Shown here piece after piece: positions 1-12,725 of a stretch of 64,000 nt of DNA; position 1 is the first letter of the stretch; every line of letters starts with the position of its first letter. Below the pieces are notes generated by a model that saw only the letters and a program-made list of their open reading frames with translations, was not told where the DNA came from and did no database searches. The stretch covers positions 62,001 through 126,000 of the forward strand of contig NW_019029001.1 in the NCBI RefSeq assembly GCF_002105155.1, written 5' to 3'. Both the position numbers and the translations under genes were made by a program. The DNA comes from Lobosporangium transversale (lineage: Eukaryota).

Positions 1-3000
1 CGGTGGGATGCCTGCCGTGAGTTGCGTCCAGACGGCCTAGTCGTTTCTGACACGGGTTTGATATCAATAGAGGCTTGCCCCTTTTTATTGTTTGCGCCAT
101 CTGCTGCTGAAACGCTGGTTGTCATGTCTTGGCTAGTTTTCCTTCCACCACGTCCTGAGGCACCAGATTTAGTAGGGTCCTTCTTTTCAGAACTCTCTGC
201 AGGGAGCTGAGTATCTGCTGTAGAATTGCGCTTCTTTTCTTTAAGCTTTGCGATGGCACCGTTAATGACAGCGCCATGAAGCTTGATGGTTTTTTCAGGT
301 TCCTTTTCTTGAGTCTCTGCTGCCGCGATAGAAGCTGCTATGACATTTGAATCTACCACGGCTTTATCAGCCTTGAAAGATCCTGTAGACTCAGAGCCCT
401 CATTAGTCTTGCCTGACGGTGAATGGGAAGATTTGGGTGTACTTGTCTTTGAAGTAGATCTAACTTTTGGCTCAGTAGATTTGACTGAAGGTGGAGCTGA
501 GATAAATGTCTGACATTTGTGTTTGTCATGAGGCTCGAGACCTTTGATGATGTATTGCTGGACAGCCTTGGTCTGGATACAGTACACTGAAAACCCGTTG
601 TATTCCAACGATGAGTCCGGCATAACCACAAAACTGACAATGTGCTGTGGCATTGGATACTCAATCATAAAGTCAAAGGTCGCAGTGCATGGTGCCGCCT
701 CTGCTGCTGCGCTAGCTCTAATGTAGGCCGCTTGATCAACATTGTTGGATGGCATTTCTGCTTCGGATGTTGATGTCACTTTTACCTTAAGCCCAAAGAG
801 CGAAAGGCGGACACTGTTTGCTAAAACCAAACTTGAAGTCTCGTAGTCATAGCCCACAAAGTTGAACATTCTCATCTCTTGTAGGCGCTGCGCAGCTTTG
901 CCAACAGAGGTACGACGAGTCGATGAAGGAGGTTCCTTGAAAATAAACTGGTCAAGTGGTCCTGTACCACCAACCCACCAGAGGCTTAACTCGGTTCCAC
1001 GACGGCAGGCAGTGACAACGCAGCGGGATGTAGTGGCGTCGGTCTGGTCTACAAAAATTGCATTCGTCACGCCTAGCCCGCCATGAGGAACAAATTCGTT
1101 CAACAAAGCATTCTCTGATGGTGCGTTAATATCCCAGAATTTGACTGATCCATCTTCGCTGGCTGTGACGAGAACAGAGCCATCACGAGAAAAAGAAATG
1201 TCATTGATTGCCTAAAAATTTAGAATGAGATGGGTTAAAAACCAGCAACTAATCTATCAGCACTTTATATCTTGCTTATGTCCACTAATACAAACCTGAT
1301 CATGGGCTTGAATAACGGTGGCATGCGTCCAGAGTTGCGCCTCGGTGAGCACGGGGGAACTGCCTTCCTGAGATTGGACAAGATTGCTGATATCGATGAT
1401 CAATACAGAGTGGTCATCATTATTCACAAGGGCTAGCTGCGATGATTTAACAGGGCTCCAAGCAATATGGCTGTAGCGCGGCTGATTTGATTGAGGTTCT
1501 CCGATCAGCTCCAAACATTTTGAGTATATTATATCAGTCGCATCGTGATCTGAGCCGGAAAGTTCCCAAATAATAAGCCTACTATCTTTAGCAACACTTG
1601 CTAGCAATTGGGCTCCAGAGTCTTTTGCATTAGCAAGCGAGAAGCCCATATCAATGACCTGGTCAGTATGACCACGAAGGAGAGTACGGTGTCCGAGCGA
1701 TTGTTCAATGACGCGGATTTTACCACCTAGTGTTATGGATCATAAATCCATTTCCAGAGTATTATAATGACTGTATGTGAATTTCAAAAAGATGAGTGTC
1801 AAGAAGAAACTATTGGAACTTGGGCTTGAACTAACCTTTAGCAGCATAACTGATATAGCCCTTGCTAGCAGCAACCATTTTTCCATGGTAATACTCTACG
1901 TCAGTAGGAATAAGTGTGATAGGAATGGTTTCCAAGTCTTCAGAGAAAATTGCCTCTGAGTTGTCAAGCCCGGTATCATACGTCGTCACTCCAGACCCTG
2001 GATGACTGAGATATACCCCATCTGGGATTCTAGCAATTTTAAAGCCCGATAAGATAGAATTGTTAACTCATTGTTTCTTCTAAGACTTTTTCCTCTTTTT
2101 TCTCTTTTTTTCTCTTTTTTTCTCTTTTTTTCTCTTTTTTTCTCTTTTTTTCTCTTTTTTTTCTTACCCTGAACTTCCCTTAGCCAGTTTTTGGACGCGA
2201 TGGTTCCAAGCAGAATGAGGTGGAAGAAGCTGATCAAGTTGATAACGTTTCTGGTCATCATGAGGATGAATACCAGTGTCCAGCTCTTCTCGACGTGGCG
2301 CTGGGTTGCTGAATGATGGTCGCTTTGGGAGGGGTCCTACAGAAATGTTATCCTGAGATCCTGCAATGGGTGTAGATGTTCTTGTTTGCGATGGAGATCC
2401 CGGGCTGAATTGAGCTACTGCAGGTGTGATTATTGGAGCAGTGGCGGTGACAGTAGCGGTGCTTGCTGAGCTTGAAAAAGAATGGAAAGGATTCACATAT
2501 GTGAATTTCGCCTTCGAGGTCGATTGGAGCGTGTTTTCTTTGGAAGTTGGAGATCGTGTGGTGCTTTCTCTTCTCGCTTCAACACTCTTGCTTTCTACCA
2601 AGCTCTCTATCTTACTCTCCGATAGAGGTTGTGGCGCACTGGATGAATTTTGCAGCATCGCCAATAGATTTCTAAAAGCACATGAAACGTCAGCAAAATC
2701 TGGACACTGGTTTTTTTTTTTGGCCGAACCTAATCATTCATATATCATCAACGATCACATCATAGGGCTTGCTGAATGGACTTACATTTCCTCCTTCTTG
2801 GGGCTTGGTTGGGCCTGTGATGAATCAGTACGCGGCCCTCCGAAGAGCGCTAGCTTGATATCTTCCGTCTTTTGCTGAGCAATAGTGGGTTCCTGCTTGG
2901 GTGGTCCAAAAAGCGCGAGCTTCAAACTGTTTGTGGCTTCATCCGTTTGGGAAGGAGTATGCGCTTGAGCCGTAGAGAAAGTCGGTGTTGATGTGTTGGT

Positions 3001-3414
3001 GGGGGAAACGGCCGTTGGTTGATTCAGACTCTGGAGCAGAGATGCCAAGGATTGACCTTGAGACGACGGTCGGCTTTGAAAAGATGGTCCAGATTGGAAC
3101 TGACTTATGGGTGGACCGCGTTGTCCGTGTTGCATTATTTGATGCAAGTACATTTGATGAGGATCCATGGATTGCTGGCCAAATCCATAGCCAGGCATCA
3201 TTTGACCAATGGGTGGACCAATGTTATGGTAGTATGATTGAGACTGGGCAGAAGACGGCAATTCAGCAGTAGGCTGCTGTTGTGGTCCATGCACTTGCCC
3301 TTGACTCTGTCCTTGTCCTTGTCCTTGACCGTGAGCTGGTTGCCCAGGCTGACATTGTTGGCCCTGACCTTGGCCCTGGAGCATTTCGAGAAGGGATCTA
3401 TTTTCGCTGGCCAT
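1..3414 (-). CDS. EDC4: EDC4/Ge-1/VARICOSE-like WD40 mRNA-decapping scaffold (multi-exon; 3' end runs off the window start)
   Basis: Spliced reading gives a Q/P-rich N-terminus (MASENRSLLEMLQGQGQ), then IPITLIPTDVEYYHGKMVAASKGYISYAAK-GKIRVIEQSLGHRTLLRGHTDQVIDMGFS, and WD repeats (LASVAKDSRLIIWE; LVTASEDGSVKFWD). This resembles the Ge-1 WD40 region. GT-AG introns near 2785-2672, 2167-2030, 1836-1727 and 1296-1212. Confidence 0.7.
2093..2162. repeat. (TTTTTTTCTC)n decamer tandem repeat inside an intron
   Basis: About 6-7 near-perfect copies visible directly. Confidence 0.9.
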
Positions 3415-3738
3415 TTGAGTCCACACGCTACAGTCTTAGAGCATACACGAACAGGCGTTGAAGCAGTACGAAGGGATAGAGAAAGAAGAGTGAAGCACAC
3501 AAAACAAATGGATGGAACCACGTCATTAGTAACAGAGCAAAAGCAATAAATCCGTGGGCACATCATATTTTAACTATTCCAAGCCTTGCATGCTGCTCTA
3601 TGCCCCTAAAATTCCGTACACGTCTTCATGCCTGCCGAATGGTTACTTTAACCCAGTGTTCATCAAACGAGCACCTCTCTCTTTCTCAATTCCTCTTTCT
3701 CCCTCTCTCTTCTCAACTCCATCTTGTACTCTGACTTC

Positions 3739-5764
3739 ATGTCCACAAATGTCGTACCGGGGGGCCAAAAGGCAGCAAATACTCCCTCCAACAATGTTGC
3801 TCTTGTCTTTGGTGCAGCATTTGCCCTACGTCTAGGATTGCTCAACTTGCCAGCGTTTCCCAGCATTCTGGCGGACCAGGTTGAGATCTCGACTCCCATC
3901 ACCAGTTTTAAGAGGTGTAAGCACTGATTGACTCTTACAAATTGCGTTATACCTACAGCTCGATAATGAACTGCTAAACCAATCCATGTGTCTCGTCTTA
4001 TATTATAATCTACTGCTTGATCTGAACAGTATCAGAAGGCGTGTTTCTCTTCCGTAATGGCGTACCACCATACGATGGTGGGGTATTTCACCAGGTTCGG
4101 GTCGTCCGTTGCCATTCTTCTGATCATTTTGGATCGATCTATAAGAGTAACTAATGAATTGCAACGATCAATCACCCTACTATTTTAGGCGCCTTTGCTT
4201 CTAGGACTGTTCTATCTCATCATTAATAGTCCGCCGTTAGTGAATGCATTGTACATTCTCGTTGATCTAGCAATTGGATACATGCTGCTACAAATCACAG
4301 CAATAAAGGAAAGGGATTCGACGAGTGAGAAGAAGATTATGCAGTATGGTGATAAGACTGAGGAGTCAGGAATGAGCGGTCTTACAGTGGCGAGTCTTTA
4401 TCTCTTCAATCCGTTCACAATTGTCAGCTGTATCGGGAAAAGCACGATCCTGTTCTCCAACATGGCAGTTGTAGCAGGGATATGGATGGGAATGAAGCGT
4501 ATGCAATTTTTTTATATGTGCTGCCCAATGATTCCGCAGTCCTTTGATAATGTGGATATCGTATTGCTGATGATGTACTGTTTCCTCTATATCAACGTGT
4601 CCATCATTTTAGGCAACAAGGGCCTTGCCATGTTCAGCATAGCATTGGCGACATACCTCTCTTTCTATCCTGCCATGCTCATGATCCCAGTCGTATTAAT
4701 GCTCACTCGAGGAGATATTGGCAAACAGCAACAAAAGGTAGTTGACAAGATGCGTTGCGACTACCAACTTATTACTGAAAAGGAAAAACCAATAAGGCTA
4801 ACTAGCTCATATTACCTAATAGCGGATTTCAGTCCAATGCGGGGCTCTATTCCTGGCTTGCCTGATATCTCTTTTCTTGCTCTCCTTTGTTTTAGTGGAT
4901 TCTTGGAGCTTCTTTTCTGGCGTCTATGGCACCATGTAAGTAGAAGCTACGCCTCAATTATCCCTTAGAGTTGCCTTTCAGTATTTATTTGATCTGTGGT
5001 CTTTGTTAATGATCTCACCAGTTCATACCTTTTCACCATGAAGATTGGCTGTCACCGATTTGACACCCAACCTAGGTCTACTCTGGTATTTCTTCATTGA
5101 GATGTTCGACCACTTCAGATCTTTCTTCCTTATTGTCTTTCAGCTCCATGTCTTTATCTTTGCTGTACCAGTTTCTATCAAACTTTGGTAAGGATAAGCT
5201 ATGGAAAGCCATAAATACGACCTTGGAAACCAAACACCTCGTTTAATCACGCTAAAACTATGCCCATTATGACATTTATTATTTAGGAAATATCCCTTGT
5301 TTGTATCTTTCATTTTGTGTGCCATTATGGGAACATTTAAAGGCTATCCTTCGATTGGAGATGCCGCACTATATCTCGGGCTCTTGCCTTTAAGCTCAGA
5401 GATTTTCAAGTGTAAGCCATCATACTATGGCAGCCACTATATACATTACATCATGATGTCTCCTGATATTAACTCAGTGAATTCATTTATTTTGGTAGAT
5501 ATGCGTTATACATTCCTTGTTGTGAACCTTTTCCTGTATTCTTCGCTCTTAGCACCTATCTTTTGGTACCTCTGGGTATATGTGGGGAGTGGAAATGCAA
5601 ATTTTTTCTATGCGATTGGGCTAGTCTACGGGATTGGTGAGATCATCTTGATGATTGACACCACATTTGCAATCTGCCGTCGCGACTTTGAGATATTGTC
5701 ACCACCCGAAACGTCGGGCGATCCCGCTTCTTTGGGCTGGGATCGAGAGGTTGTTCAAAAATAA
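3739..5764 (+). CDS. PIGU: GPI transamidase subunit PIG-U/Gab1/Cdc91 (multi-exon)
   Basis: Motifs [66 protein letters not shown] and [10 protein letters not shown]. Stop at 5764. Confidence 0.92.
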
Positions 5765-5842
5765 GAATAAAAATTAATGGTGGCTGTGTGTGCGATTGTA
5801 AATTTTAAATATTTCCTCTGTCTTTAAGAATCACTTTTCACA

Positions 5843-8458
5843 ATGTCAACCATGACATCGTTTGACGATGCTTTGGAAAATTTTAGGAGCCTTCTCTGTT
5901 GCTCATTGTGGTAATGCTCTCACGCTAATCGATGCCCTCTCTTTCACTGTCGCTTCATGACTTCAATGATTTTAACAAATTGTTTTACTCCTTTCCTCTT
6001 GTAGTGGCAATGAGTTAGAATCCACGGTCACAGTGAAGGAATGTGGCCATCACTTTTGCAGGTGCGGTTGTGAATATGCGGGATATGTGTCAACATAAAA
6101 ATAAAAATACCTTGATTGAAGCTGCTGAACGGAATGCCATGACTCGCATCCCTGTTTCTTTGTAATCTCCCTTAGAACATGTATCTATAATAACTTAGGG
6201 ACATTATGCAAGTGCCCTACATGTGGTATCCCTGCACGAGTTGGTAATTTGCTCAGGAATCCGTCCTATGATATCTTGGTGGCGTGCGCATCCAAACTAC
6301 GTGACCTGCACCCCTCTGGTTTGTTTCGCTTTTTTGGCGTGTACTTCCTTGATAATATGTCCTTATAAATATCACAAATAAGCTTACTAAACTTATCCTC
6401 TTCCTAACTTTGCTTGTACCTCGCTTCTTGAATGCTTCATGATTATATGGGCCAATGATTTAGCCAAACAACAAAATAACTCAGAAGCTTCGGATAGTGG
6501 AACGCCAGTTGGATCACTCCTCTGGACCTTTGACTGTGGCCCTACATTTTCAAATTCCGCTCCACTTTCCTTGGCATCCTCAGAAGTTGAGGCTCATACC
6601 TTCCCCTCCCTGAATACTATACTCGCGATCCATGACAAGGAAAGAGCACACGCCTTACAGACAAAGAATCATGCTCAGAATAATGACCAACCTAATACTG
6701 ATCAGCAGACAAGTGTCACTGAGGTTCTTCCTCATAATGAGAAGGATATTGTGCGTCAATTGATGCCACCTCCCTTGTCAACCGCACAACCACGGCCAGT
6801 ACCGACCATGTCACAGCTTCAAAGCCTGTTAGGTATACATAAAGGAAAAGGCGTTGAACCGGTCAGCTTGCAAGGCAATGAAATCCAAACAATGTCGCTT
6901 CATACAGCAAGCCAACCGGAAACACCGCCAGAAGATGTAAAGGATTTTGATCGTTGACAATATCCTCGTTTTGTCAAACCAAAATACACCAAGTACTCAT
7001 GATCACGCCTTATCTATTTACAAATATACTTAGATGCGCGAGTTTTCAAGTCCACGAATGCCATCACCTACACTTAGACTATACGAATCATCTTTGGAAT
7101 CACTTCAAGCCACAAATGATGTTTCTGTCGATCAATTTAAACAAGGAGATTCGTCTCAAAATCTAGTTCGTCCCAACAGGAAGCGTCGAATGATGTCTGA
7201 CGATACAAGAGTAGAGCAGCGATTATTCAAGGATACTATAGCTGGGGACAGGAAGTCTCCTCCAAAGACCACGAACCATGACAATGTATTCGTAGTTGAA
7301 TCATCGCAACCAACTCTCGATTTGATGACCCCTAGTTTGGTGATTCATGATAGCCTTTCGAGAGGCAGTAAACATCGTTCTTCTTCGCCTATGCACAGCT
7401 CTGTTATGGCCCAACACAATATATCCTCCAAGGCCAAAAATAGCTCTGAGCCTCTGGTCATCACCACTATATTTACTGGACTAAATAAAGAGCAGCGCAA
7501 TGATTTTGATTCGAATCTTTCACGAGTCATTGAGGCTGGACTTCAAATGGAACATATTCAAGATCAACCATTTAATGAGTCCACAACTCACATTATTACT
7601 AATGCAGATCAAGATACTCTAAACCGGGACTCGACTCTTTTATGCCCTAGGGTCCTAAAATATTTGCATGGGATGCTGTCAAGCCCATGGATTGTTGATC
7701 ACAAATGGTTTTTGGACAGTATTGAGGCTAAGGAGTGGCTACAATTACCTAACTCCCGCTATGTGATACAAGGTGATTTACAGTTCGGCCCTGCACCTGG
7801 AACACAAACTAGACGTGAGATTCGTAATCGAATGGTGAGTTTCCTGTGTTTGCCATGAACAACCATTTTCAAATACAGGATACTTTGCATTTATTCTAAT
7901 ATAATAAATTTTATTATTGACCATGCTCAGTCGCTCAAGCTTTTTCATTCTTGTCGGATGTTCTTTTATGGCTCTTTTGGGAGCTATGGCCAAAAAGCAT
8001 TTACCAGGGATGAATTGCTGAAGCTCGTCCGAGATGGAGGTGCCGAGACTTGGCTTAGAAGACCGGCTGCTGCGAAACCCTCTTCCACGCCGCCAATGTT
8101 CTCGTCAAAGGGAGTGGTAGTAAGGAACTTCTTCTCGCGAGATCGGCAGCTGTTGTATGTTACAGAGGATTTCAAGCCATGGGAGATTTCAATCGATCGA
8201 TCGTTACCAATAATTGTCTGTGATCCAAATAGTATTCCTTCTGGAGGAAGGACACTCACTCAAGCAGAAGTAAAGAAACATGGATGGCTTCGCGAGCATC
8301 AAGCAGTCTCACTTACCTGGATTTTGAACTGTATCTCATGTAGTTTAATGGGAGCTGAAGACATTTGTCTTCTTTATGGAACTGATGTAGAATCGGCGGG
8401 TGAAGAAGCCATTCACATGTTGTCTGAAGCATGGACAACTTGGCGAAAAAGGAGGTGA
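5843..8458 (+). CDS. RING (C3HC4) plus C-terminal tandem BRCT protein, BRCA1/BARD1-like (multi-exon)
   Basis: Exons at about 5843-5910, 6005-6061 and 6176-6318 splice to CCSLCGNELESTVTVKECGHHFCRTCIYNNLGTLCKCPTC. Downstream are BRCT motifs TTHIIT..CPRVLKYLHGML..WIVDHKWFLDS and FFYGSF..ELLKLVRDGGA..VSLTWILNCIS. Confidence 0.75.
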
Positions 8459-8595
8459 AACTGCAATGAGATTTCCTTAGTTTTTTACTAGAGAGCCTCC
8501 ATGGCTGGCAGATTTATACTACAACAATAAATAAAGTTCGTTTTCCCTTTACGTGAAGGCTCGCTCAAATTACAAGCGATAGATATACCCAAAAG

Positions 8596-11152
8596 GATGA
8601 AGTTATTTACACGGGTCCGTACACACCTTATTTACACTGCTCCCCGGGTCTTTATTTCATCTACAAGCGGCAGCGTGTATCCTACAGATTACATGATTCT
8701 AGCTTTTTATTTCGAAGGAGATAAGCGAAGGTCAGTCTAGAGTAGAGGGGAGTCTGGAATTGTTACTGTTGGGAGTTGCAGCGCCGTGGGAGCTGTGATA
8801 CTCATCGCGCTCTGTTGATATTCCACAGTATGCAATATTATGATGGCCTAGCTAGAAAATAATTAGGAAAATACTGAGTAAAAAACATCAGTGTGCTAAA
8901 ACGATTAGCAGTAGAAATTAGTGGCAATAACGCGCCACACAAAGACGCGATAAATCTTTGATATGAAGTATTTAGAACGAACCTGTGTCATCCTACAGAT
9001 AGATAGGTAGTTACCTGGTATAGGTCCCTCTACCAGAAAATGAACAAATACCCCATGGGTGTGGTGTGTGGACCCATATCTTATTCTCACTTACTTTTCT
9101 ACTGCTTACTATCTATCTACAAAATATTTTTCACGCTCTATTCCGCTCTACAGTCACCCGAAAGAAAGTCTGGTCAAAGTGGGTTATTTATTATTATTTT
9201 TTAATTTGAATCTCTGACAAACATCTCATTTGTGACATAAAAAATACTTCACCAACCAAGATGGAAATTTAGGTTTTTTATTAATGAGGCCAATGTGGAT
9301 AATCACTGAAGTTTCTGAGCAGTACATGCTGAGGGAAAACGGCAAGAAATAAGGATTGAAGACAGTGTTTCTCTTCATTACCATTTCGAAATTTTATTTT
9401 TTTGACCAAACTTTCTTTCAGATGATTGTACAACATGAAGCTAGTCCCTAAACGCAGTGAGCATCTACATATGCTACTGAGTATGCGACACTGCGTGCTA
9501 AAGACGACCCAAGGCAAGTTCTGGCTATTACTGGTGAAAAATCAACCCTGATTGAACATGATAACAAACTTGGAATGTAATGAGACAAAAATAAGGACCT
9601 TTATCAACGCAACAGAAAAGAGTATTTATGCCTCTTTCTATCACTATAAGTCACGGTTATGCTATTAAAGTATTTTAGCTATTTAGATATAGGGATATAG
9701 GTAATTGTGCAGGATCGACTTTGAGTGCGAACTGTCACCAACTATCAAAAGATAAGTAATCTCTCGGGTTACAAACAGGTGAGAGGATAGACATTCCACA
9801 AAATAAACTGAAGTCTACCCATTATATTTTAGTGAATTTGATAAATAAAATTTAGTATCGAGGGCGCTTGAGCTCTTAATAAAGAAGGACAGAGATAAGG
9901 ACAAAGAAGAAAGGGAAAAGAGAGTAGTAACACGACATGCTATGCATCGAAGCAATGAGTATGATCGTTTAGGATGAAGTTATTTGCACTGCCCCGTACA
10001 CACTCTATTTACACTGCTCCCCCCGTACAAATAAAAAAAAGTTATTTGCACGGGGGGTCTTTTTTTTATTTGCACGGGGTCTCTTTTTCATCTACAAGCA
10101 GCAACGTGTATCCTACAGACTACATGATTCTGGCTTTATATAAATAAGTGGAGGTGAGTCTAGAGTAGAGAGGGGTCTGGAATTATTACTGGTGGAAGTT
10201 GCAGCGCCGTGGGAGCTGCCAAACAGCTCATTTGTGACATACAAAAATACTACCATTAGACCCATATAGCGTATACGATGATTTAAATTACCACTCACGT
10301 GGGGCAGACAAGAACCCTCTCTTTGTCCTCCTTCTTAGTTGGTGCAATGTTTTAACCTAACTGATATAACTTACTATGTATGTAATATGGAGCTAAAGTT
10401 CAATAAATTTACCCTTTTATTAATGAGGCAATGTGGATAATCACTGAAGTTTTTGGGCAGTACAGGCTGAGGGAAAACGGCAAGAAATAAGATTGAAGAC
10501 AGTGCTTCTCTTCATTACCATTTCAAGTGATTGTACAATATGAAGCTGGTCCTTTAGACGCAGTGAGCATCTACATGTGCTGCTGAGTATGCAATACTGC
10601 GTGCTAAAGACGAACCAAGGTAAGTTGGCTATGATAATAAACTTGGAATGTAATGAGACAAAACTAAGGATTGTTGCGATTAGCAGTCATTTATATGGGT
10701 TTTTACTATAGCTAAGGTTTTTACCCTTTTTATTTAACGAAGATCCCTGGATCATAATAAAGACACCTTTCTTTCGTTCTCGCTACTTATTATGACCCTG
10801 GCATATTTCAATAACAGAAAAGAATATTTATGTCTCTTTTCTATCACTATTAGTCACGGTTATGCTATTAAAGTATTTTAGCCACTTAGATATAGAGATA
10901 TAGGTGATTGTGGCACGATCGGCTTTGAGTGCGAACTGTCACCAACTATCAAAAGACAAGTAATATCGGGTAAGAGGATAGATATTCCACAAAATAAGCT
11001 GAAGTCTACCCATTGTATTTTGATGAATTTGATAAACAAAATAGTATCGAGGGCGCTTGAGTTCTTAATAAAGGACGACAGAGATAAGGACATCTAAGAG
11101 GAAAGAAAGAGACTAGTAACATGGCGCGCTATGCATCATAGCAATGAGTATG
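8596..11152. repeat. Diverged tandem duplication of a ~1.2-1.4 kb non-coding unit (copy 1 ~8596-9963, copy 2 ~9972-11152)
   Basis: Shared collinear blocks: GGATGAAGTTATTT.., CAAG(C)..CGTGTATCCTACAGA, GAGGGAAAACGGCAAGAAATAA, CTGCGTGCTAAAGACG, GAGTGCGAACTGTCACCAACTATCAAAAGA, GCAATGAGTATG. Confidence 0.85.
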
Positions 11153-11635
11153 GTAGTATGATTGGTTGTACATCTACCGACACAAACTACACGTTAGAGA
11201 TTCCTAATAACTGAATTCATCGTTGTGTGCTTAATAGTGTGCGGAAATACCTAAGATGTATGCACGCGTTAAATGAAAGAAAGCATCGGGGAACCATAAC
11301 AATGCAACCAACAAAAGTGCAAAGTAAAGCTGCATAGTATATTTCAACTATAGATAAATCATTTGTAATTCTGTATTTAGTCCCAGTCGCATAAAGAATG
11401 CCAACATCTACTCTGAGCTACATACGAACTTGATAAGATATTCTGGTCAGTATTTGATGCTTAGACAGCGACTCTAGATCTAAGCCTGTGTCATGGAAGG
11501 CTTCCTGGTTATGGTGTTTAGGGCTAAAATAAAGACCCCGTACAAATAAAAAAAAAGACCCCCCGTGCAAATAACTTTTTTTTATTTGCACGGGGGGAGC
11601 GGTGTAAATAAGGTGTGTACGGGGCAATGCAAATA
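9981..11635. mobile_element. Putative non-autonomous DNA transposon bounded by ~105-bp inverted repeats built from CCCCGT(A/G)CAAATA motifs
   Basis: 9981-10085 is a near-identical reverse complement of 11530-11635. No TSD identified. Confidence 0.5.
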
Positions 11636-11903
11636 GATTTTTTAAATATTTGTACGGCCCCCGTGCAAATAAGAGGTGTACGGGCCCGTGCAAATATCTT
11701 TTTTCTATTCCCTATTATAGATAAATCGTTTGTAGTTCTTTATTTAGTCCCAGAATCACATAAAGAATATCAACATCTATTCTAGGCTAGATCGGCTTTG
11801 ATAAGTATTCTGGTCAATATTTGATGCTTGGGTATCGAGCTTGTGTCGTGGAATGCTTCCTGGTAGTGGTATTTACGACTGAAATAAAGACCCCGTACAA
11901 ATA
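11349..11903. repeat. ~190-200-bp diverged direct repeat (11349-11548 and 11716-11903)
   Basis: Both copies start TATAGATAAATC and end AAATAAAGACCCCGTACAAATA. Confidence 0.85.
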
Positions 11904-11951
11904 TCTTTTTCCCAGCGATTTAATGGCTCGTCATAAAGTGGATAAGATATA

Positions 11952-12209
11952 GGATTAATCTATTTGGCAGCCCATTGCCAAATATAGTGAACTTTCAAGA
12001 CTCTCTTTGGCAGCCCAGTTGCCAAATAACATTCATTATTTACCTGGCAGCCTACCCAGCGTTATTTGGCCTCTAACTATTTTTTTTTTTTTTTCATTCC
12101 TAGGAACCGTATTTGTATATAACGCTCATACTTTAAATTAATAAAGCTCCCGTCTTCTACGTCATAGTTATGTGTAGTGACATTGTCTTGTCTCATTTAG
12201 AAAACTAAT

Positions 12210-12240
<31 letters not shown>

Positions 12241-12495
12241 CAAGTAGGTCGCTCATACAGTTTTGGAGGTGCCATTTGGAGATCAATGCCTATGAGAGGT
12301 TTTCGCTCGGAGCAACGCGTCTCACTGCTACCTAGACGTCTTCAATAAATCATTCCCTAACCGTGTACATTGAAGACTGTTTTGTGAAGATGTCATCGCC
12401 GCTGCCCTTAGTACCTCCGGCGGCATTAGCTGTGCAAGGCAATGTATCCACAGAACGCTGCCTGTTTTACCACTGATGTTATGACCCTGTTATCA

Positions 12496-12526
<31 letters not shown>

Positions 12527-12612
12527 GTAATGTATTTGGCAGCCCAGCTGCCACCCAAGAGTGCGAAGTTAAGTGGCAGTCCCCAGAAGTAGGCTGCCAA
12601 AAAGATTAATCC
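11952..12612. mobile_element. Mutator (MULE)-type MITE with TIRs and a 9-bp TSD
   Basis: Termini GGATTAATCTATTTGGCAGCC and GGCTGCCAAAAAGATTAATCC are inverted. TAAGATATA flanks both ends exactly (11943-11951 and 12613-12621). TTTGGCAGCC subterminal repeats are present. Confidence 0.82.
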
Positions 12613-12651
12613 TAAGATATATGGGTTGTGCAAAAAGAGCATAGAGGAAAA

Positions 12652-12725
12652 TGTTTGTACTCGGACTCGAACCGAGGACCGTCTGTGTGTTAGACAGACG
12701 TGATAACCAACTACACCATACAAAC
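12652..12725 (-). tRNA. tRNA-Val (anticodon AAC)
   Basis: Reverse complement GTTTGTATGGTGTAGTTGGTTATCACGTCTGTCTAACACACAGACGGTCCTCGGTTCGAGTCCGAGTACAAACA forms a full cloverleaf with A and B boxes and anticodon loop CTAACAC. Confidence 0.95.

Noticed and set aside
11530..11700. CRISPR-like appearance of the repeated 13-mers
   Set aside because: Spacing is irregular, orientations are mixed, the context is eukaryotic and no cas genes are present.
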